Shown in pieces: positions 1 through 11,835 of a stretch of 64,000 nucleotides of DNA. The stretch covers positions 4,280,001 through 4,344,000 of the forward strand of contig NC_087246.1 of the NCBI RefSeq assembly GCF_037042905.1, written 5' to 3'. Numbering within the stretch: position 1 is the first letter of the stretch; the number at the start of each line of letters is the position of its first letter. Source of the DNA: Lytechinus pictus. Its lineage: Eukaryota. Under the pieces are notes generated by a model. It was given only the letters and a program-made list of their open reading frames with translations. It ran no database searches and was not told the origin of the DNA. A program made the translations under genes and the position numbers.

Positions 1-1034
1 AATATAGGACTTGAATATTAATGCGTTTAGTAACCAGTTATGTACCTGTGTTTAATTTTTTTTATAAAGATATGCAAGGGATCAATAAGCGTGAACTTCC
101 AATTATCATTGATTGTCATAATGAGAAGTCGTTGAATTTGGAGGAAAACATATCACGCTGAATATGTAAGGTCCATGTTGCCATGGTTTCCAATCAATAG
201 CCTAAACGTATATCATTTTAAAAGATGTTTCCTAATGTTCACCTTTAAAAGTCCCTTTATTTCACGAAGTTATGGTTTTTCCTGATTTGTTCTTATATTT
301 TCATTTAAATATGTCAACAATCGTAAAATTAATGGATGTTAATTTTATAGTTCTAAGATCTATACATAGACGGTTTTGAACAAGAATCTGCAAGTCAAGT
401 TCCAGGACTACATTATTTCAAAAGAGTGAAGCATATAGCTTCCGTTGGTCTATAAAACTCTTGACTGTAAAAGAGGTACTCCAGACTGATAATTGTGTGA
501 TTTGAACAGAATCAAGATAGACATAATAAAAAAAGTCAAGTTCGTCAAATTTGGACGAGTGACAAGCCATAGACTTGCAATTACAACAAAAAGAGATGTG
601 ACTTAAATTGCTTGCCATTGACTGATTCTTTTTCTGTTTTTTTCCATGTTTCTATTTATCAGCCGAAGTGTCCCCTCTCTCAGTAATCTTTTATTTTGAA
701 AAAAAAAATGCCATTCAATTTTCAATGGAAGATTTGTTTTTACGCCAAAAACACGAACATGCAATCATTTTCTATTGCTGTCCAATAGGCATGATAGGTG
801 TCCACACTGCACACTTATATTTTGTTTCAATGAATGAAACCCAATTCATCAAATAACAAGTTACAAACATCATAATAAATTAATATGCCTACAGGTTTTA
901 TGTCTATTATTACATGACTTTACGATGTCATGTGATGTGACAAGAATAAGCAAGAAATGTTACAGAAAAACATTCATGCTACGTAGATTTAAATGTTCTT
1001 TGATATAACCTACCTGTTTTTGATATGTGGAGCA

Positions 1035-1135
1035 TCTGACCAGTTGTCAGATATGACAACTTTCCTTGATTTTGATTGGCTAAGAAGCGCAGTTTCTATG
1101 GTAACTGTCGGATAAAACAAGTCCTTCATAAAACC
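1035..1135. repeat. Dispersed short repeat; second copy at about 6400-6490
   Basis: TCCTTGATTTTGATTGG.TAA.AAGC...TGGTAACTGTCGGATAAAA occurs at both loci. Confidence 0.7.
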
Positions 1136-3186
1136 ATGCCCATGATGAAACGCCCCTTTGGTTATACCATCGATATCGGTTATGTGATTGTGGACCAGTT
1201 TTGGAGTACTGTGTAGTGCTTCTACTGGCCCTAGTATACAAACAGATAGATATGATTTGGAAACTATAAAAAAAGATTCTGGAATATTTATTCGATAAAA
1301 TTAAAGTTTAAATAGTGATGCATTTGTAACGCTGGATTAACAACTCTTTTATCCCGAAGTGAAAGATTTTGTCATTTGATTAAAAAAGGGATGAATTGTG
1401 TTTGCCTCCTCAAAGAAATTATAATTTTAACCTGCGAAACGCTACCATATATAAAGAAGACCAACATATTCAGAAGCAGTGTCCTTCCAAATCTTCTACG
1501 TTTGCTCAATGAATATCTAAATTCATAACTAATTAAAAAAAATTCAATCTACAATATTCGTTTTAGTAAATTGTGTAATATGTTTGTCAAACCCTCTACC
1601 GTGTTTTGAGAGAGTTTATAAATTGATAATTTTGCCATTACATTTCATTTTATGTATTATTTTTATCGATGATTTTCTTTTCTATTTCTGTAATTGTATT
1701 TGTTATTTTGTAATATAAAATATTTGAAACTTTATGAATAATGTGTTCATTTTATTTTATTTTTTTTACTGCGAAGAACCATGAATGAAATGGAATTAAA
1801 TTGAATTGTAACAGGGCACAAGCTCTCAGAGCACATGTTGTAATCTTTCTTTGATAGAGAAGGGGGGGGGTGCATGTTATATACTAAGATTGGGGTTATC
1901 CGAAACAGGAGAGCCTATGAAGTCTCGGTGATCTCCCGATTTTCCCTTGATGTGATTCATTTAACAACTAATTGGCGGGTTTCCGCATGAGAAACAAATC
2001 TGTAGCGATCATGTGCGATCAATATTGCTCTGATGTCGTCTGCTTCTAATGAACTTCTGCCCCAGCCTGGCTTCAGCCGTTAAGCTAAATACGATTTGCA
2101 CAAGTTTTCTTTCCCCCCGCTATTTTCATTGATTTAGAAATCAAATGCTGATTTATGATTTCACTTTTGATAATTAAGGTATAGTAAGTGCCCATAGCAA
2201 AATTTAGCTTTCATTTTTTTTTTTTGGGGGGGGGGGGCGGGGGGTTGTGCCGGTAGATTGGCTAATAACTTCCACATTAACACGTTTCTTAATGCTTTTT
2301 CAAGTTATTTTGTAAAATTTAATGTAAAGTTCTTATATTGGACTTAAGTTGCGTATTCATGAGATTTTATACGCTCATTCCAGATTGTTTTATAATTTAA
2401 TCTGGGGTGTTATGATGAATAGCACCACGTGACATACATATAAACTTTCACGGTCTAGATGTAAAGTCGTTTTAAGCTGATATCAGTTCTTTTTTAGAAT
2501 CAAGATTAAATAGATGAAAAATAGATGAAAAATAAAATTGCTCTGCCTGGTGTAGAGACTGATCAGAGGAAAAGCGCGCGAAAGGATTTAGGAGTAAACA
2601 TAAGTTGGGAGGGTGCTAGGGCGGAGTGTATTAAAAGGGGGAAGGATTGTACAATCCTGGCCGAATTATAGGTACCTTGTCACAGGACATGCAGGAAGAA
2701 TGGACAATGATATCAAAATGGCAATGGAAGTATCCCCTTACCATTCATTTCCGAGAAACTCAACTTATACTTCCAAATTAAAAAGTTCAATCTGTATAGT
2801 ATCAGACAAAATAATCCAATCAATATGATAAAAACACGACTTACTTCTAAAAACAGAACGCATAGGTCGTTGAACCTGCAAGAAACTATGATTACAGTGT
2901 GTTTCTACCTACAAACGTACATTTTGTTACTCATTTCTGTTTAAAAAAATAGGATGATAAAGATCAAACTTGAATTTGCCAGCCTATATGAGATAGATTA
3001 CATTCTGACCTCAAATATCTTTATATCAGCCGCCAAATATTAGATACCGATTCATCATATTTCATTACTGTTCTTCGACTTGCATTCCCGAAGTGCTTCC
3101 CCCTCAGTTTTTAATTGAATTTGATTCGAATTGAATCTGATATTGATGTCTATATATTGTATGTATACTTCATAATGATAATGGTA

Positions 3187-3282
3187 AAAATAAATGATGA
3201 TGATGACGATAATAATAATAATTATGATGATAACAATAACAATAATAATAATGATAATAATAATGATAATAATAACAATAAT
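3187..3282. repeat. (GAT/AAT/AAC)n microsatellite
   Basis: Read directly; explains the poly-Ile and poly-Asn ORFs. Confidence 0.95.
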
Positions 3283-6200
3283 ATTTTGTCTATCACAATT
3301 GTATAATGATATAAATGAGTTGCATGTCACAATGATCGGAAATAAGATCCATTTGATCGTTGAAGATGGTGCTTTTATTCGTGAACACAAGATCCAAGAT
3401 TTTTTTTTTTAGTGTCATTTGCATTCGTGGTAAGCGCAACATTGGTATCTGCTCAATTGGATATTGAATAATCAACAAAAACTATACCTGGTCTGAACTT
3501 TTGTCTATCCAACCAGAAGTGTCTATAGCCGAATCAATTGAATAATCCCGTTGAATAGCAAATACTATATCTAGTCTGAAGTTATCCAATCAGAAGTGTG
3601 TATAGCTGAACCAATCGGAAGTTCAATCTCAATCTAACCTGCCATGTGCAATCAACTCAAACACGCATCATCCCTCTTGCCCGCGTCAAGAAAATAATTT
3701 CATGCCACAATCAATGTTAGGAGAAGAGCGGGAGACATAAATTCACACTTCCCGCCTTTAATCTGTAGGTTCAGACGCTGGTGAATCGTCTGCATCAAAA
3801 TTGAAGATGGAACTGTTAAAGGTTAATGTAAGTTTGTCTATTTTCAATTGCACAGCTAGTGTAACGTCAAGAATACCATCAAGCATTGTAATTCAACATC
3901 CAATTAGATTCATTATATAAGAGCGCTTTTTGTCATGCCAGGATTTAATTTTCTTTCGGATTAAAAGAAGGATGACAAAGAAAAAAATAAAATTCTGGTT
4001 ATACATTATGCATGAATTTCTAATTAAGGTAACATAACTTTTGATTATGATGAAATTTTCGTTGATGTTTAGGTGTCAATTTTAACAATACCGGAGAACA
4101 GAATTAGAATCAAAGCATATTCATATTTGCTTCATTTATTTGAATAAATTTAGGGGTGTTCTTAATTTCCAAAACCTTAACATCAGGTTCGGAAATACCT
4201 TCTGCTTGATCTAAGCTGGGATTTGCGAAGCCAGTTTTGCTTTTCAGGTAAACATCAAGATATCTTTACGTACATGAGTGAGCTTATCTTGTATTTAGTG
4301 GGACTTCCACTTACAAATGAGGTGTTCCGTTGAATAGACACATCGTAGACTGGCTTAGGGTGATAAGTGAAATCATCATAGCAATATAATGATGTAAAAT
4401 ATAAATTATGAAATATTTTTTTAATTATTATTATTATCTTTGAAGTATGGAATTCATTAAATTAAGAGTTAATTTTGAATATTTAGACATTTGATGCTAT
4501 AGAAATAACAACATGAAATTGAGCTGCTTCATCGCTACTATGGAATTCATTAATATTTTATTTCTTATATTCGTATAGTGTTATTTTGAAAGACATTAAT
4601 AAAAACAAGGAGATTGGATTCTGTCCTAATTACTATCTACCAAATGGATATACTATTAAGATATCATTTCTGATACGATATACCTTTTCAAGCGTGTATT
4701 TCTGTTCATGGTGAATATTTTCTATAGACAAGACATCGTGTCTAAATTGTTTTGAATTTTACCTCCGTTTGGAAAGCCATAATTTCATGTAAGAATTACA
4801 ATGATTATTTATTATACAACATTCTTTGGCTTCTAAATTTTTGTTTTTTGGCTTCATAAAGTTTTGGCATAACAGATCGTGGTTGGCACATAAAGAATGT
4901 TTCAATTCATGAATAATGTGGTTATCTTTCACCACTATTACGATTGTTGTGAATGGAGATTTGTCCAGCTGGACTTAAGTTTTGGACTCGATCTGAGAGG
5001 AAAAGGGTCATTATTTAATCAAACTTGTGTCGAATATGTTTGTTAAAATGAAGTTGAGCCTTGGTGTGCAAATAAAGACCTGGTATTAATGAAGTATCTA
5101 GTCGATTTTAAAAGTTTGTTAAGTACCAATTATTGGCTGATGATAGCGGAAATTGTGGAACGAATGTGGTATGAATGTGGTGATAATGATTATGGATACT
5201 TCAGCATGTTCAAAAGCCACCGAAAGGGAAGAGCCATGTAGGCCTTCTTACTGGTCATCAACAAGTCTGATTGTATTTTCAGGAGACATCATGACTTTGT
5301 TATTCTTTAACTTTATGTCAACGAACTTCTTATATTTACAACATCGAACAGAATCATTACTTCATGATAAAAAATGCTTAGATATTTCAATATCATAGCA
5401 ACGTTTTATTAAGCTATAATGTAATAATTGATATTTTTTTCAATATAAGAAGTGCAAGTGTAAATGGAGTCTCTCTCTACAACAGAATTAAACAGAATAT
5501 GCTTGCCAATAATACTTACAGTCCTTTTTAGATGAAATTATAATCATATTATAAAAAGCATGCTCTTTGTGCCAGGAATGAAACTAAACTCAAATGTAAA
5601 AAATTAAAATGTAGAATATTTGATCGAAATTATAATTATGTTTTAACTGTATATTTGGTTTGTTGCGTAATTTTTGTTTCAGTATTAACAAATCTTTGAT
5701 TTTATAGTTATTACTTATTTTGTCCATATCAATGAGAATATGAAATATCAACAGGGGCTGATCGATGAATGGATTTGAAGGGGGAGGTGTGAGTCCGGGG
5801 TGACCATGTAAAAATCATAACGAGATAAGGGGAGGCTGAAGCCACGGGCTGACGCTACATGAAATACAGGCATCTGGTTGGCTCAAAATCTAGTTGCGTT
5901 GATTTCTGGAGCTGCATTTGATTGCACAAGCTAAAAATTGTGTCATCAAGTCATAACAATTATAAAACCAAAAATGCTCTCAGTTTCTCTATTTAGGTCT
6001 GTTTTCAGTGTTCTCTTAATGCATTAGAATATACTTTTTTTTTAAATAAACCTGAATTTTAAGTGGGTGAAATGACGGCGTCACGCGATTAGATCAAATG
6101 TTTTTCTTCGGGTGTCGAGTAGAAACGAGCTCCCGTTCATGCCGTTAGTGGTGTTTCCATTTCCGTTACGAGAGCGATTGGCGTACAAAAGCAAGAGATG

Positions 6201-7439
6201 AAATATGCCATCAGCAGTATTCTCAACATTATGAACAAATCAACAATTATGATTTCAAAAAATTGATGGACAACAATATTTTAAAAAGATTAATACGAAG
6301 TGTAATCATCGAATTTACATTTTTAACAGAAATATTTTTGTGTTGTAGTTTGTTACTTAATTAGAATAAGGAAAATAACTTCTTTCTTCAACATTTTATA
6401 GGCTGACATCCTTGATTTTGATTGGTTAAAAAGCAGTGTTACTTTGGTAACTGTCGGATAAAATGTCCGATAAGTCCCTTTATGAAAAGCTTCGAAGAAA
6501 TTTAAAAATATATGTATATTTTAGGTATGTCAATAGAGAGAGAAGTCAAAACCTTTTTAAGGCTTGGTAAAAGTAAGACAATTGGCACCTGTTCGGATTT
6601 CCTTCAGGTATAGTTCTTTATTCCCGAGTAGCTGTAAGGTAATTTCTCTCAAAACACATAGCTATCGGGCTAATAGAAACGTTACTCGGACATGCAGTGA
6701 TTGTGATAATGCCTTTCGATTATTCTCGATTTCTTAATCACCTCGTGTTGCATCCGCCAAGCCGCCTGGGTAAATTATCGTCTTGCTATGTAGAGAAGCA
6801 GTTATCCAAGAGGGATACTCAAATCTTTATCGACAAATGAGTCTCGGTGGACCTAGTTGATTGCCGCCAATGATCACGAGAAGATGCTGTTTTAAAGGAA
6901 CAAATCATCGTCTTATCTTTATCTTTCAGTGTCGAATTTTGGTGCTCAAGTACACTACATCGGGATCTGTTCATATTTCAAATGAAAGTAGCACGTTTCG
7001 GGAGAGTGAAAAAATAATGTTGAAAGAAAGTTAACATTGCAAATAATTTGTGTAGACCATATAGGCAAGTCACCTATCTCAAAGTGACCCTATCTGAAAC
7101 AAAGGAAAAAAACCTCCAAAACAAACAAACAAACCAAAAGAAAAGGAAACAAATGGATTTTCGCACTACACAAACGACTGCGTTCCTAGTATCTATTATG
7201 ACCGAACTAGATAAGTATTGAACATGTTGAAGCAATGTCCAAATGAGAGTCAAACTAATGCTGTTTAACACTGAATTGTGGTGTTTAAATCCTATTTGTT
7301 GTTAGCCCAAATAAAGTATGTTTTAATATTTCTCTGATGTGGTCATCTAACACAGGGGTTTTTGCAGTGTATTCACAAACATTTCTGCATTAACTCTTCT
7401 TGTGAGAACTTTAAATATTATTTTGCATCTTTATTCAAT

Positions 7440-8149
7440 TTAATGGATACACCGGATTGATTTTTTTTAAATGGAGTAGAAGTTGGCAAACAAAGAGCCA
7501 AAATTTTTATCAACAATCTGATGATAAATAATGGAGTTATTGTATTGGAAAGGTTAGAAATATCTTGTAAAATATGCACGCTGTTATGAATATGCAAATG
7601 TGCTAATGACATGAATGATGGCATGTCCCTCTTTTCTCTTTCATAGGTTAACAAAGTTATTGAATTTTAAGATTTGCATTATTCCGGTGAAACAGTTCTA
7701 GGCACGTCTTCATGAATATTCATTAGGTGGGCTGATGATGTCACATCCCACTTTCTTTTTTGTTATGTTATTACATGATCATAATTGTTTCATTTTTCAT
7801 AAATGTGTAAATGATGTGTCTCCATTATGATGAAATAAGTTGCAGCAAGAAAACACTAATGCACTAAATCAGTTGTCAATTTAATTGTTTTAGTAGAAAA
7901 ATGTTGAATAAATCTAATTTCATATAATAAAATACGAAAGAACAAGTGGGGATTATGACATCATCAGCACACCTAATGAATATTCATGAAGAAATGCCGA
8001 GACAGTTTCACCGGGATAATTGAAATCTTTAAAATTCAATAAATTTGTTATTTGTTATCCGATTTTGATCAAATTTTAAGCATTTTGCTTTGTGAGTTTT
8101 ACTCTATTTATTGAGATATGAATATCTTCAGCCCGGAACATCCCTTTAA
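7440..8149. mobile_element. TTAA-flanked non-autonomous element with long internal inverted repeat (Kolobok-like)
   Basis: About 7650-7752 is the inverse of about 7945-8050 (TTCATGAATATTCATTAGGTGGGCTGATGATGTCA / TGACATCATCAGCACACCTAATGAATATTCATGAA); right end CATCCCT-TTAA; left end decayed. Confidence 0.7.
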
Positions 8150-9734
8150 TCCTTATTTTTTTTAGACATGTCTATATAACAAGTCTCCCTTTTAACAAAA
8201 GTATGCAGCAATGATCATCTTACACATAAAATTAGTTGACAGTCCTATTTTCTATTCTTTTGAAATTTGAATTAATAGTATCATGTAATAAAGATGCAAA
8301 ACAATTGAATGGGGAGATCAGTTAGCTCATTGTATGTATATTCACGAGGACATGCAGATCTACTGTTTCGCCGGCCATAACATCATAGTTACGTTATTCC
8401 TATCCCGATTTTAATGTTCAGCTTTGGGATCTTTTACTTGATTTGTAAGAAAGCATGAATGCTTGTAAACAAGCAACCGTTGTACCGGAAGTGACAGCAA
8501 TCATGGCAATTTTGTTTTGTAGTGATCTTTATTATTCATTCAAATAAATTTCATACATACATAATCAAGATGGCAATGGTTGTACGATAAATAACCGTGG
8601 AACTAGCGCACTTCAGTGTGAATCGAACCCGGGTCACATCGATTGCGAAACCACCGGTCAACCGATTGAGATGTCCCGCCTCATCAAAATTATATAATCT
8701 TTTATTGACTGATTACTGTTCAGGCAATGACGTCAGCGATCACGTGATTTGTTTAACAAAATATGTAAAATTGTATACCCTTCTGATTTACAAGGATATA
8801 AAACAATTAAGAGAAATGTCTTTTAAACATTTCGTGCCCTCTCTCATTTAATTGCCCGCCCCAAGGCAAAAAGTGTAATAATGCACGCAATCCATGTTAT
8901 TCAGAAGTGACCTTTTTAAGATCAAACTTCATAATGTGATTTGTTGTTAGAATTTGCATGGCAAACTCGTCAGGATATCAGAGGCCCATGCTGGAATCGG
9001 ACCCTCGTACTCAACCTGTGTAACAACCTGTGTCATCTTTCCCTTAATAGTTCCGCTATATAAGAATTGGAAAGGAAATCGAGAAGGAAGCAAGTTTTCC
9101 TTTGAGATCTTCCATCGGATGAAATGATTTCCGTACATTCGGCCTTTGTTTTAAATATATACCAAATTTGAAAAAAAACTCCCTTGTCTTGATCATATTC
9201 CCTTTAAAAAATTAAAGATGAAAATGAAAAAAATCTTACAATATAAAAAATTTACATTTACAAAATACTATTAGAATGATTTCAGAAAGCACCATTAAAA
9301 ATCAAGCATTCACAAACAATCGATTATACGTAAACTAAAATATCGTCGTTTTTGGAATATATAGAAAACTTTCAGTTTCAAAATGGCAGTCAGTTTGTAT
9401 TTATGTCCTTATGTTTTACTCACAATTAAATTGAAATATAGGCATATAGATCACGTTGAAGGGGCACCATGATGGCAATTGTAACTTTCCTAATGATTGG
9501 ACATGTTGTATTTGATTCTTTCTTCAAAATACAACCCTTCATTCTACACTTAGAATAAGTAATGTAAATATTTGTCATAGGATATTGACGAATAAGAGAA
9601 AAATATTGAAAAAAAAAGGAATACAGAAGACTTGCATTTCTCGACCTATATGTGTTATTCTGCATGTTCCTTATAAAAGAAATATTACCCTTGCCATCCC
9701 ACCAAATAATTAGTAATTGGCTACTCTTTTTCAG

Positions 9735-10113
9735 GAACAAATGATTCAAGAACGAATGGCGACTATGGTGACACAAGCCACCTCAGTGCGGGAAATCTTA
9801 ACGGACAGACAGACGTCACCAGTCCCAATCCAAAGCGAAAGAACTCGGTTAGCGATCGCTCACATACGGGAGAGTCGTCCCCTATGACATACGGCAGCGA
9901 TGGCAGTCCAAGCAGTGGCAGCGGAATCGGAGGAGATGGTCGACGGGAGAGTTCCGGGGAACAGGATATGCAGGCGCTGAAGAAGAGAAGGCAGGCGGAT
10001 GAGAAACCGATGAGTGCTAAAGTCGCAGGGGTCGAAGTTAGATTAGAGATGAAAGCGTTATGGGACGAGTTTCATTCCTTGGGTACAGAAATGATAGTCA
10101 CAAAGGCAGGCAG
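9735..10113 (+). CDS. TBX1: Tbx1 first visible coding exon (N-terminal region and start of T-box); first in-frame ATG at 9884
   Basis: Encodes [28 protein letters not shown], the Tbx1-type T-box start. Donor AG|GTAAGA at 10113/10114 (phase 2). Acceptor TCTTTTTCAG at 9725-9734 with the frame open from 9735 to the ATG, so a further upstream exon is possible. Confidence 0.9.
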
Positions 10114-11537
10114 GTAAGACTGCAATCTTAATATGCTTCATTAATAATAATAGAAATATGAATTTGGTCAACTAACATAATAAGTTTTTCTATATGTGAT
10201 AGAGACGGAAATGGAACAATGGCCACATTGTAAAAAAAAAAAAAAAATTATTATCGATGAACACAAGTCCAATTTAGAAACCTTTAGGAAGCAGTTGATT
10301 TGTTTATACACCCCGGAGAGATGTACAGAAAGACATAGACAGACCAATCCCTTTCTACACAGTGAAAATGTTTTTTTTTTTACAAAGCTGTCGACTATAT
10401 AATAATAGGACCAATAACTACTTTATTCGCTTCTATAAAAAGTACAATCACATACAGGCATATAAATATAAAGAAATACAATTAATGCCATGAATACATA
10501 AAATAACCGCTCCAGCAAAATCAAAGACAAAATGATCGCAATCATCTTATCCCAGTTACCATACATCCATTCCCACCCCATGACAGAGATGAACATTCTA
10601 TATAAGACGTTATGAGCCGCAATATACCAGACAGAACAGAAAATCGTTTTAAACCACATCAAATAATCCACCTCAACAACCCCCACCCTACAGTATTGTT
10701 TTAAACGGTTAAACAAGTGTTAATTTATTTTGTAACTTTTTTTTTGTAACTCAGAAAATGTCCTGAATTATAGATTATAATTAAAAGATACACCTACCAG
10801 AGTATCTTTCAGCCCAGAAATATAGAATTCTGAATAAAACTGTGCTTAAAAAATGTTTTTTGTACCCAATAATTATTATGATTATCTTTCATGTTATTGA
10901 TGGATAACATGACAGCTGCAGTGACAATGTTTCTGAATAGCACCAATAATAATGTAAATCATGGTTGTGGTTTGACTTTACATGGATCATGACAAGATCT
11001 TTATAATTGTACTTTTGTTATGGTTCAACGAATAGCTTCATTATTCTAACAATACAGAATCAAAGTAATTGAAATTTCATGTAATCCCAACGCCCCAATT
11101 GGAACCAACCCAAATATATTAATGATAAAAAAACAACCAACAACAACAAAAGACACATCTCAATCGATCGGCTCTCTTATTTCTTTACCGCCACGTTGTG
11201 GCCAAATTATCGAACACTGTAGGCCTTTGTAAAGCTATAAATTATTATTTCACATCTGATTAAAGTAATGATTTCTTAATTTTATTTAGATTTCGATGAT
11301 AGTAGTCTTATCCATAAGTTTTTGGTAATTTGTTTTTACCAATTTTTCTCTTGAAGAACATCCCACTAAAACATGAAAAAACATAGGTTACATTACATTG
11401 TCTAATGTTAACGCCAAAGTCCGTTTGCAGTTAGATTAAAAATATGGGGTTCTACGTAAATACGGTTATAATTTTCCAGGTTGCCATTTGGCGATTGAGG
11501 TGATGGGGGGGGGGGGGGTGCAGCCTTAGTATTAATT

Positions 11538-11835
11538 CAGGGATCGCGGAACGGTTTAAAGGGGGGGGGGGTGACCATGCAAAAATCACAATCAGGGGCC
11601 CGTAACACAAAGTTTAGCAATGATCGTAGAACATTTTTCTACAATTGATTGCATTGACTACAGTGTTCAATCAATCATGAAAATCAAGTGTACGATTAAG
11701 CGCTAACCTTTGTGTTACGGGACCCAGATGGTCATTGTTTACATTTTTGTACACGGTTTTGGAAAAAAAAGTTGGAGGGGGGGGGGGGCCTTGAAGCCCA
11801 TGCAGCCCCCCCCCCCCCCCGTTTCCGCGGTCCTG
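11538..11835. mobile_element. CAG..CTG MITE with G-run/C-run subterminal tracts, interrupted by a second MITE
   Basis: CAGGGATCGCGGAACG...CGTTTCCGCGGTCCTG; probable relatives at about 5752-5850 and 32194-32364 (reverse). Confidence 0.7.
11596..11724. mobile_element. Nested Harbinger-like MITE with 3-bp TSD CAG
   Basis: GGGCCCGTAACACAAAGTTTAGC / GCTAACCTTTGTGTTACGGGACC; CAG at 11593-11595 and 11725-11727; decayed relative at about 52800-52911. Confidence 0.8.

Noticed and set aside
2613..2828. ORF near GGGCGG/TATTAAAA as a possible first Tbx1 exon
   Set aside because: No convincing phase-1 donor to join the 9735 exon and no recognisable Tbx1 similarity.
3055..3412. Poly-Ile and poly-Asn ORFs
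   Set aside because: Translations of the (AAT)n microsatellite.
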